Shown here piece after piece: positions 19,860-27,914 of a stretch of DNA of 64,000 nucleotides. The notes beneath the pieces were generated by a model that ran no database searches, was not told the DNA's origin, and saw only the letters and a list, made by a program, of their open reading frames with translations. A program made the translations under genes and the position numbers. The DNA lies in IMG/VR virus record IMGVR_UViG_3300020810_001156, positions 186,001-250,000 of that record. One strand, given 5' to 3'. Each line of letters begins with the position of its first letter. The stretch's first letter is position 1.

Positions 19860-21089
19860 ATGAAAAGAATAACATTTGTAATACCTTGTAGAAGTAATCT
19901 ACCATATCTACAACAAGCCGTAGGTTCTATTGAAGAACACTATGGTAATTCGCATGATGTGGTAATCTTAGATGATGCATCTGATGATAATAGTTGGAAT
20001 TGGATTACTGAATACTCAGAAGGTAGGGATAATATAATCGCTTATAGAAACGAAGGACCTGATAGAGTTGGACACACTGTATTGTATGATGTTGGTTTTG
20101 ATTTAGCAAAAACCGAAGTAGTATCAATTCTACACTCGGATATGGTGGTAACACCAAACTATGTGGAAAATATGTTGAAACACTTAGAAGTAAAAAAGGT
20201 AGTTTCAGCAACTCGAATTGAACCACCACTTCATCCACCTGGTCCTGAAAAGTATGTACAAAACTTTGGATTAGAAGTAGATGAGTTCTCAGAACAAAAA
20301 GAAAACTTTTTAAACTTCGTATCACAAAAGGAAATAGAAAATGAGGGTAAAGTTACTGATGGTATATTTGCACCTTGGATGATGTACAAAGAAGATTTTG
20401 TTGATATTGGTGGGCATGATTTCTTATTCGCACCAATGGAGTTAGAAGATTCTGATATCTTTAATAGATTTTTTCTAAATGGATACGAGTTGATTCAAAG
20501 TAGAGATGCATTTGTATATCATATGACTTGTAGGGGTAGTAGGTTCAAAGATGGAATTGAAATTGAAAAAGAAATTCCACTACCCGATGGCACAATTTGG
20601 TACAAACCAAAAGATTCCGAAGAGTACACTATTCTAAGACAACACAAATTTAGAGAATGGTGGAGAAAGTGGCATACTGATGTATTACATGATGAATTTA
20701 TGATGCCAATCGTTCCAAGTAGATATGATACTGGATTTATTGTTAAAAATTGTAATACTCAAATTCTATCCATCTTAGAACCTTGGTGTGATACAATCTA
20801 TGTTGATTGTGATTACAAAGCATATGTAGATGCTGAAAACGAAAAATCTGAATATGATATATCGGAATCGGTTAAACCATATGATAATGAAAAGAACAAT
20901 CACATATTGATTTCATTTGATGCAAGTAAATTAACAAATCAACACTTTACTGAATTCATCAAACAATTACCATTCATCATTGAAGAAACTGGTCAAACTG
21001 GTTCATTTAATTGGGATATCTTTCAAATAGATATTATCTCTTTAGAAGAAGTTGATATGATTAAACCACATTTTAAAAATATATTTTAA
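19860..21089 (+). CDS. Glycosyltransferase family 2
   Basis: FVIP, LDDASDD, HSDM and EDSD. Confidence 0.88.
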   Translation: MKRITFVIPCRSNLPYLQQAVGSIEEHYGNSHDVVILDDASDDNSWNWITEYSEGRDNIIAYRNEGPDRVGHTVLYDVGFDLAKTEVVSILHSDMVVTPNYVENMLKHLEVKKVVSATRIEPPLHPPGPEKYVQNFGLEVDEFSEQKENFLNFVSQKEIENEGKVTDGIFAPWMMYKEDFVDIGGHDFLFAPMELEDSDIFNRFFLNGYELIQSRDAFVYHMTCRGSRFKDGIEIEKEIPLPDGTIWYKPKDSEEYTILRQHKFREWWRKWHTDVLHDEFMMPIVPSRYDTGFIVKNCNTQILSILEPWCDTIYVDCDYKAYVDAENEKSEYDISESVKPYDNEKNNHILISFDASKLTNQHFTEFIKQLPFIIEETGQTGSFNWDIFQIDIISLEEVDMIKPHFKNIF

Positions 21090-21967
21090 TGAAAAATAAA
21101 TCAACTTTAGTATGTATGCATGTAATGCCTCAAGAGATAGAGATGTTCATACAACTAATAAATAATTATAAATTATCTCTTAAACATTTAGATGATAGTG
21201 ATGATGTTACTCTAAAAATATCATTAAACTTAAATCCTGAGTTAACGGATTGGGATAATACAAACGTACCTAAAGATGAATTTATCGGTGTTTTTAATGA
21301 TGTTACAAATGATATATCCAATTTAGATAAAGAAATTATAACCGATACTTCTTTGTGGGGAACAACCCAACAAAAAAGAGAAGCTATAAAATTAGATTAT
21401 GACCAATTTATCTTTTGTGATACTGATATAGTTTTACATCAACATCAATTAAAACATCAATTAAATGCAGCTAAACAATTAAATGGTATGTACATACTAT
21501 CACCAGCATTACCAAGATGGTGGGATAAAACATGGGATGTATTGGTATCATCAAATAGGTTAAATGGTGAATTTGGCGAAGCGTTTGAGAAAGAATGTAT
21601 AAAAGATGTACTAACACAAAAATATACCGATTTATCTTTAAGACTGGTTGCACCAATTAAATTTGGTAATGGTATGCACACATTATATTCAAAGGAGTTT
21701 TGGGATTTCATAAAAATACCAGAATCATTTGGTGGATATGGGCCTGAAGATACTTTTGCTATGTATGCATCCCATAACGCTATTGTAAGTAAACAATACC
21801 CAATAAAACAGTATGTATTAGATGGTATCTATATAACTGAAGATTATACTCATAGAATCCCAAGCTTTAACGATAACTTTACTTCTTTTAATAAAAAAGA
21901 TGAATTCTATAAAAAAGCAGAATCTCTCTTTGATAAAGAAATGGATAACTTTTTACAAAGAATCTGA
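21089..21967 (+). CDS. Putative GT-A glycosyltransferase
   Basis: CDTD (DxD) and FGGYGPED. Confidence 0.65.
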   Translation: MKNKSTLVCMHVMPQEIEMFIQLINNYKLSLKHLDDSDDVTLKISLNLNPELTDWDNTNVPKDEFIGVFNDVTNDISNLDKEIITDTSLWGTTQQKREAIKLDYDQFIFCDTDIVLHQHQLKHQLNAAKQLNGMYILSPALPRWWDKTWDVLVSSNRLNGEFGEAFEKECIKDVLTQKYTDLSLRLVAPIKFGNGMHTLYSKEFWDFIKIPESFGGYGPEDTFAMYASHNAIVSKQYPIKQYVLDGIYITEDYTHRIPSFNDNFTSFNKKDEFYKKAESLFDKEMDNFLQRI

Positions 21968-21974
21968 TATTTAT
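21967..21974 (+). promoter_or_regulatory. Putative late-promoter motif ATATTTAT
   Basis: Recurring intergenic motif. Confidence 0.55.
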
Positions 21975-22029
21975 ACCAAATAAGTTTCATTAATAGGTTA
22001 TAGTAAATTTAATCTAAAAGAAATTTATT

Positions 22030-22257
22030 ATGGCATTTAAAGATATGTTCAAAGACCAAAATGACATCAACGAAAAATCAGTAGTAGGGTTTGCATCATT
22101 CGCAATGATGTGTTTATTTGCAATCGCTGATATAGGTACTGGATTTTTCGGTAAAGATTTAGTTATCCAAGAATTCATTTACAATTCATTCGTAATCATC
22201 ACTCTTGGTTCGTTTGGTATTGCTGAAGTTGGTAAAGTCTTTGGTAAGAAAGAATAA
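22030..22257 (+). CDS. Small two-TM membrane protein (holin-like)
   Basis: Two hydrophobic helices and a charged C-terminus; has its own promoter motif and terminator. Confidence 0.55.
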   Translation: MAFKDMFKDQNDINEKSVVGFASFAMMCLFAIADIGTGFFGKDLVIQEFIYNSFVIITLGSFGIAEVGKVFGKKE

Positions 22258-22265
22258 AACATAAC

Positions 22266-22289
22266 CCCTCTTCGGAGGGTATTGTTTTT
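22266..22289 (+). terminator. Rho-independent terminator
   Basis: CCCTC-TTCG-GAGGG hairpin followed by a T-rich tract. Confidence 0.7.
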
Positions 22290-22309
22290 CCTTTAAATCA
22301 AAATAGATT

Positions 22310-22317
22310 ATATTTAT
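22310..22317 (+). promoter_or_regulatory. Putative late-promoter motif ATATTTAT
   Basis: Recurring intergenic motif. Confidence 0.55.
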
Positions 22318-22341
22318 CTTTAGATAACAAAGGTAACTGAT

Positions 22342-22932
22342 ATGGAAAAGTTAAAAAGGTATATCGTTGAAAACTATGATGGACAATTCACTTGGAAACA
22401 ATTAGTAAGTGAAGGAATCCCCAAGTTGTTTTTGAAGATAGAGGCTGTCAAAAAGGAAATTGCAAGATTAGAGGCTGAAAGAAGAGAAGCTGTAAAACCT
22501 TGGAAAACCGAAAAAGACCCAAAAAAGAAAGAAAAAATCCTAAATGTACTTAGAGATTTAACTAAGAAGATTAACGCTAGACAAAAGAATCTAACGCAAA
22601 TGTTAGATATGGAGGAGAAGTATATTTCTCAGATGGCTAAAGATACTGAGTTAGATGCTAAAGCATTTGATGGTGTTTTTGAAGATACTGATTTGGGACA
22701 CCAAGACAATGAACCTGGTATGTTAAGAGCTGATTTAAGTATCATCGAAAGATATGCTGAGGAATTGGGTGAAATGATGAAAGATTTCGATGAAATGAAT
22801 ACTGAAATCGATTTACCTCATTGGTGGCAATCTAAAATCATCAAAGCAAAGGATTACATAGTTGGGGCTAAGCACTATTTAAGAGCTGAGTTAGAAAAAA
22901 CTGACGGTATATTACATAATAAAGATAAATAA
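22342..22932 (+). CDS. Putative head-internal protein
   Basis: Coiled coil plus an LPHWWQSKI..AKDY module; N-terminal MEKLKRYIVE resembles a capsid-targeting leader. Confidence 0.5.
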   Translation: MEKLKRYIVENYDGQFTWKQLVSEGIPKLFLKIEAVKKEIARLEAERREAVKPWKTEKDPKKKEKILNVLRDLTKKINARQKNLTQMLDMEEKYISQMAKDTELDAKAFDGVFEDTDLGHQDNEPGMLRADLSIIERYAEELGEMMKDFDEMNTEIDLPHWWQSKIIKAKDYIVGAKHYLRAELEKTDGILHNKDK

Positions 22933-22934
22933 GA

Positions 22935-23249
22935 ATGCAACTAGAATCAATCTACGCAGTAATCATTACTCTTATCACAGTATTGGGTTCAGCAGGAGCT
23001 TGGAGATACTATGAAAAGCGTGCGCAAGAAAAGAAAGAAGAAGATGATTACATCAAAGATGATTGTGCGAAGAGAATAGATAGATTAGAAGAACTCTTAG
23101 AAAGAAGTTCAAGAGAAAAGGATGAACTTAGAGAGAAAATCTTAGAACTTACCAAAGATGTAGCCGAATTGACTATCAAAGTCAAATATCTTGAAATGGA
23201 AAACAAAAGATTATTAGAATTAAACAATCAGATTCTAAATAAATCGTAA
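22935..23249 (+). CDS. Membrane-anchored coiled-coil protein
   Basis: One N-terminal TM helix followed by heptad repeats. Confidence 0.6.
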   Translation: MQLESIYAVIITLITVLGSAGAWRYYEKRAQEKKEEDDYIKDDCAKRIDRLEELLERSSREKDELREKILELTKDVAELTIKVKYLEMENKRLLELNNQILNKS

Positions 23250-23254
23250 AAATA

Positions 23255-23286
23255 TTTGGATTTTTCCAAAAAATTTCGTATATTAG
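23255..23286 (+). promoter_or_regulatory. Bacteroidota-type promoter with an inverted repeat
   Basis: TTTG-N20-TATATTAG; TTTGGA-tttt-TCCAAA. Confidence 0.75.
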
Positions 23287-23311
23287 TATGTTTATCAAAG
23301 AACAAGAGGAT

Positions 23312-23845
23312 ATGATAGCTAGAAGTTTATTCACAGAATCAAAAAAACTCAGAGTATTTGATTTCGATGACACACTTGTTTTTACGAATTCTTACATTTA
23401 TGTAAAAACTATTGATGGTAAAGAGAAAAAGTTAACACCTGGTGAATATGCTCTTTACAATGAAAAGCCAGGTGAAGAATACGATTTCAGAGATTTCTAC
23501 TCTGTTCAAGAACCCCAAGAATTAAAAAAGATTACCAAAGTTCTTAAAAGAATAATCAATAAGAACAAAGGAGAGGGTGTATTCATTCTAACCGCAAGAC
23601 CTCAAGCGGTAGATAAGCATGTACAAAGATATTTAAAAGATATTGGTATTAATCAAAAAATACCAGTAATAGGTTTACAATCTAATAACCCAAAAGATAA
23701 ATCAGATTGGGTTGAAAAAAAGATTGATAACGAAGGTTATGATGATGTTTACTTTGCAGATGATTCTATTAAGAATGTTAATCAAATGAAAAAGATGTTA
23801 AGGGGTAAAAATATCAAATGGAGAGTTCAACACATTAAACATTAA
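23312..23845 (+). CDS. HAD-superfamily phosphatase (PNKP-phosphatase-like)
   Basis: DFDDTL, ILTAR, K and FADD. Start is probably 23312, because the ATG at 23288 abuts the -7 box. Confidence 0.75.
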   Translation: MIARSLFTESKKLRVFDFDDTLVFTNSYIYVKTIDGKEKKLTPGEYALYNEKPGEEYDFRDFYSVQEPQELKKITKVLKRIINKNKGEGVFILTARPQAVDKHVQRYLKDIGINQKIPVIGLQSNNPKDKSDWVEKKIDNEGYDDVYFADDSIKNVNQMKKMLRGKNIKWRVQHIKH

Positions 23846-23851
23846 AATCTT

Positions 23852-23859
23852 ATATTTAT
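23852..23859 (+). promoter_or_regulatory. Putative late-promoter motif ATATTTAT
   Basis: 5 nt before the ATG. Confidence 0.55.
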
Positions 23860-23864
23860 AGTAT

Positions 23865-24113
23865 ATGATTAGATTAACCGAAATATTGAACGAAGGAAAA
23901 GAACCTGAAATCATTACTCAATTAAGAGATGTATTGAAGAATGGGTATAAAACTCTTAAAGACCCAAAAAGTGGTAAGAGAATGAAAGTGGATACTTACT
24001 CAGCATCTGCAATCGTTGGTGTATATGATAAATTAAATCCATCTAATCAAGAAAAGTTTGTGAAGCAGGGTTTGTTGGGTATGCAATCATTAGCATTTAA
24101 ATTTATAAAATAA
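23865..24113 (+). CDS. Putative head-internal protein
   Basis: Leader MIRLTEILNE; KVDTYSASAIV.VYD.L module. Confidence 0.55.
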   Translation: MIRLTEILNEGKEPEIITQLRDVLKNGYKTLKDPKSGKRMKVDTYSASAIVGVYDKLNPSNQEKFVKQGLLGMQSLAFKFIK

Positions 24114-24114
24114 A

Positions 24115-24792
24115 GTGATTAAGTTAACTGACATATTAAATGAAGATTGTTGGAAGGGCTACAAACAAATTGGTGGCAAAATGAAGAATGGAAAGATGGT
24201 GCCAAATTGTGTTCCTGAATCGGTTGAAGAAAACTCAATCAATGAAGCTTCAATGACTGTTTCAATTGCAAATGTTGTAGATGAACTTTTTCCAAAGGAA
24301 TTCTTTTGGGTTTATAATCCACAAGATAAAGAAAGAGTAAAATCTGTGATTGGTGATTTGGTTAGAACTCTAAATACTTTCTACAAAAAGCAAGGTATTA
24401 AAGTTAGATTTACAGATTCTAATATTAGAATGAAAATGTACACTAAAGAATCGGCAAGAGAGGATTTAACATCTTCAGAGAGATTAGAACTATATAAGTT
24501 ATACTCAAAGGCGATGAAAGCAATGCCACAATCTCCAAACCAAAAAAAGATTATCAAACAAATTAATGTGTTAAGAACCAAAGCTGGTATGAAACCATTA
24601 AAAGAGGTAACTTTGAATGAGATTGGTATTTTTAATATACAAAGTTACACAAAGGGGATTTTACCTGCAGGATATATGGATACAACAACTCCTCAGAAAA
24701 AAGAAAAATATCGTTCAACAGTTAGAGATTTAATGCAAACATTAAATTCTTTTTGGAAAAGAAATAATATACCATTTAGAGTAAGAAAATGA
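24115..24792 (+). CDS. Putative head-internal modular protein
   Basis: Leader MIKLTDILNE, a CWKGY..VPNCVP module, and an internal duplication (DL..TLN.F.K). Confidence 0.55.
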   Translation: MIKLTDILNEDCWKGYKQIGGKMKNGKMVPNCVPESVEENSINEASMTVSIANVVDELFPKEFFWVYNPQDKERVKSVIGDLVRTLNTFYKKQGIKVRFTDSNIRMKMYTKESAREDLTSSERLELYKLYSKAMKAMPQSPNQKKIIKQINVLRTKAGMKPLKEVTLNEIGIFNIQSYTKGILPAGYMDTTTPQKKEKYRSTVRDLMQTLNSFWKRNNIPFRVRK

Positions 24793-25127
24793 TAAAGTTA
24801 GATGATTTATTACATGATATCGTAAACCATCCACTAAACGAAGATTTGAGAAAGTGGTTTGGTAAAGGAAAGACTGGTTCATCATCTGGTGGTGGTTGGG
24901 ATAGATACGGAACTGATGGACAGAAGTTAGGTAAATGTGGCGATGGTGAAGAAGGTGATGCTTATGCAGCTTGTTTATCTAAAGAAAAGGCAGCTAAGTT
25001 AGGACCTAAAGGTAGAGCTGCATTTGTAAAAAGAAAAAGAGCTGACCAAAAGAAAGCTGGTGATACTAAAAAAGGTGGAAATAGAAAAAAGGGTAAGACA
25101 CCTACCTTTTCAAAAACAGGTGCATAA
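24789..25127 (+). CDS. Putative head-internal basic protein
   Basis: Leader MIKLDDLL..PLNE followed by DLRKWFG..GGGW; Gly/Lys rich. Confidence 0.55.
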   Translation: MIKLDDLLHDIVNHPLNEDLRKWFGKGKTGSSSGGGWDRYGTDGQKLGKCGDGEEGDAYAACLSKEKAAKLGPKGRAAFVKRKRADQKKAGDTKKGGNRKKGKTPTFSKTGA

Positions 25128-25138
25128 TTGTTATTTTA

Positions 25139-25399
25139 ATGGGTAAAAAATTAGTTACTATAAAGGTAATAAAGGGAGATATTAATCGAGCTCTTAAAAA
25201 GTTTAAACGAGCGTGTTTTGATTCTGGACACTTACAAGAACTTAGGGAAAGGCAAACATATACTAAACCTAAAACAGTAAGAAGAACGAAAAAGTTAGAA
25301 GCTATCAGAAGGCAAGAGTGGGAAACTTTAAAAGAAAAGATTGATGGTGGGGATACCTCACTAAAATTATCTCCAAGAAAGAAAAAGAAAAAAAGATAA
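25139..25399 (+). CDS. rpsU: Phage-encoded ribosomal protein bS21
   Basis: I.V..GDINRALKKFKR....G.LQELRERQ.YTKP...RR is the S21 signature. Confidence 0.9.
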   Translation: MGKKLVTIKVIKGDINRALKKFKRACFDSGHLQELRERQTYTKPKTVRRTKKLEAIRRQEWETLKEKIDGGDTSLKLSPRKKKKKR

Positions 25400-25402
25400 G
25401 GA

Positions 25403-25410
25403 ATATTTAT
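25403..25410 (+). promoter_or_regulatory. Putative late-promoter motif ATATTTAT
   Basis: 6 nt before the ATG. Confidence 0.55.
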
Positions 25411-25416
25411 TAAGGT

Positions 25417-27903
25417 ATGGCAGATAATGTAAAAATATCAGATTTAACGGAATTAATATCGGGCTCTCTTAGAGATGTTACGATTTTTCCGGTTGTAGAT
25501 GGTGGTGCAACCCAAAAAGCTACATTACTATCTCTACAACAATATCTTGCTGATACTTTAGCAACTGATAGTGAATTAACAGCACAAATTTCTAATGTAA
25601 ATTCTACAATAAATGGATTGGATACAGATGATATAAGTGAGGGTTCAACTAATCAGTATTATACAAACGCAAGAGTTAATCAAATAATTCAAGGATTAAC
25701 AATCATAAGTGGTTCGGGTCAAATTGAAGATTTAGGATTTATTTCTTCAGGTACTAATATTGGACCACTAAATATATTTACAGCATCTTACTACGAAGAT
25801 TCTGCATCCTTTGAGACAAGAATTTTAGCAATATCTGCTAGTAGTGGAGATACTACGCCACAAGGAACTGTATCTAGTTCACAACAAATTACCGATTTAG
25901 GGTTTATACAATCATCAACAATTGATTCTTTATTTATTGCAGATAGATTACCAATTGATATTCTATCTTCATCAGAACAATTAGGACAATTAATTGCAAT
26001 TAATGGTGGTACTAATGTAACTGTTACTTCTGGTAGTGGTGACCAATTAAGTATTGAAATTTCATCTACTGGTGGTGGAGGTGGCGGAGTTGAATATGAT
26101 TCTGAATATGAAATCGTTTCACAATCAAACATTACTGATGAATCTAATGCTAGATTGAGTGGTATGTTGATAAGAGCTAATGATGAAACTACATTCGCTA
26201 ACTTCTCAGCATCTGTTGCTGCTGGTGCTGGTGGAGGTGGTGGTTCTACTGATTACATTTCAAATGTATCAAACACAATAGCTCATACAATTTCATTTAC
26301 TGGAGTTGGTTCAGCATTTAATGGAAGTATAAATCTACCCGATGGTATTGTATCATCATCAACTCAAATTGAAGATTTGGGATTTGCTGGTGGTGGAGAA
26401 AACATTATAGTTAGTGGATTACAAGCATATACTCAATCATTAAAATCAGTAGCTATAATTTCTGGCTCACAACAAATTACTGATTTTGGATTCGTTTCAG
26501 AATCATCAACAACTATTCCACAGGGAACTATTTCTGGTTCACAACAAATTACCGATTTAGGATTTCTTAGTAGTTCAGCCGATTTAACTGGTATTACATC
26601 ATCTGCTGGTGTTGTACTTGCTGACGCTGATAACACTGGATTTGATACATCATTTGTAGGAGAGAACCCATCTAACTTATATTATACTGATGCTAGAGTT
26701 GAAACTCACTTAGGGGTTATAGGTTTATTAACAGGTTCACAAGGATTAGCTAGTGGTTCGGTAACTTCATCCGCACAAATTAATTATGGTGAAATTAGAA
26801 ATATTCCTAAATTTTGGGGTGATGGCGTAACTATATCATCTGGTTCATCAGGTGATACTGCAAATTATATCCAAATTACATCAGCTGGTGGTGGTAGTGG
26901 TACATTATCATCCGAGTTCTACTCATTTACCGCATCATATGAATTAGAAAAAGTTAATTTTATAACTGGTTCTTCACAAATTGAAGCTTTAGGATTTGAC
27001 CCTAATGCTGGTGAAGTTGTAACTTTAAACGCTTGGACTGGTTCTGGTGGAGCATTTGGTATATTCTCACAATCAGTAGTAAACCAAATTGAAAACTTAG
27101 AAACTGGTTCACTTACTGATGATTTCAACTCATTATTGGAAAAAGATTTATTCTCAGGTTCTGCTCAAGTTAATTACGCACAAATACCTGATATACCAGA
27201 CTTTGTAGCTGGTCCTGGTATAGTAATCGCAATTAGTGGTAGTTCATTTGGACAAACCTTTGAAATTAGTAGTAGTGCAGCTTCTGGAGATTTTACAACA
27301 TTAACTGGAGTTCCAGAAGGATTAGTATCATCATCAACTCAAATTGAAAATTTAGGATTTGCAACAACTGGATACGCTGATGGTGTTGGTACAACAACTT
27401 CACAATCATTAGAATCAACATTTAATGGATTTAGAGGTGATATAGGTGCTATTCAAGCCGATTACGCTAATTTGGGTGGTAACACATTTACTGGTTCTCA
27501 ATTAATCAAAGCTTTAGTAACAGTTGATGAGGTTTATGTAACTGGTTCATTATCTTTAACTTCTGGTGAGGGTAAAATAAAAGTTAATACTGGGATTCCT
27601 TCGGATATAGTACAAATGACTGGTTCATTTAAAGTAACGGGTTCGATTGAAGCAGATGAGTTTATTGTAGGTTCTGCAGGAACACCAACCATTTCATCAG
27701 CAACTAATATTGAAGTATCGGCATCGGCTGATATTAATATGATAGCTCAGGAAGTTAACATTACTGATGTATTAACAATAACTCCAAGAACAACAACACC
27801 TTCATCACCATCATCTGGTAGTTTTATTGTAAGTGGTAGTGGAGCAACTATAAAGCCATTCTTCTATGATGGCAATCAATGGCAAGAGATATCATTCGTA
27901 TAA
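25417..27903 (+). CDS. Ser/Gly/Thr-rich virion fibre-like structural protein
   Basis: VKISDL N-terminus, EG..N.YYT.ARV repeats, about 10 S(G/S)S.QI.xLGF-type repeats and a FYDG..W C-terminus. Confidence 0.7.
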   Translation: MADNVKISDLTELISGSLRDVTIFPVVDGGATQKATLLSLQQYLADTLATDSELTAQISNVNSTINGLDTDDISEGSTNQYYTNARVNQIIQGLTIISGSGQIEDLGFISSGTNIGPLNIFTASYYEDSASFETRILAISASSGDTTPQGTVSSSQQITDLGFIQSSTIDSLFIADRLPIDILSSSEQLGQLIAINGGTNVTVTSGSGDQLSIEISSTGGGGGGVEYDSEYEIVSQSNITDESNARLSGMLIRANDETTFANFSASVAAGAGGGGGSTDYISNVSNTIAHTISFTGVGSAFNGSINLPDGIVSSSTQIEDLGFAGGGENIIVSGLQAYTQSLKSVAIISGSQQITDFGFVSESSTTIPQGTISGSQQITDLGFLSSSADLTGITSSAGVVLADADNTGFDTSFVGENPSNLYYTDARVETHLGVIGLLTGSQGLASGSVTSSAQINYGEIRNIPKFWGDGVTISSGSSGDTANYIQITSAGGGSGTLSSEFYSFTASYELEKVNFITGSSQIEALGFDPNAGEVVTLNAWTGSGGAFGIFSQSVVNQIENLETGSLTDDFNSLLEKDLFSGSAQVNYAQIPDIPDFVAGPGIVIAISGSSFGQTFEISSSAASGDFTTLTGVPEGLVSSSTQIENLGFATTGYADGVGTTTSQSLESTFNGFRGDIGAIQADYANLGGNTFTGSQLIKALVTVDEVYVTGSLSLTSGEGKIKVNTGIPSDIVQMTGSFKVTGSIEADEFIVGSAGTPTISSATNIEVSASADINMIAQEVNITDVLTITPRTTTPSSPSSGSFIVSGSGATIKPFFYDGNQWQEISFV

Positions 27904-27914
27904 AATAAACACCT

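Noticed and set aside
6536-21967. Cellular capsule or O-antigen locus, i.e. a bacterial chromosome
   Set aside because: No export or polymerase genes, and it is flanked by phage replisome and virion-type genes.
25700-27370. DGR or CRISPR-like DNA repeats in the fibre gene (e.g. 25864 versus 26524)
   Set aside because: They are in-frame protein repeats; differences are not adenine-specific and there is no reverse transcriptase.
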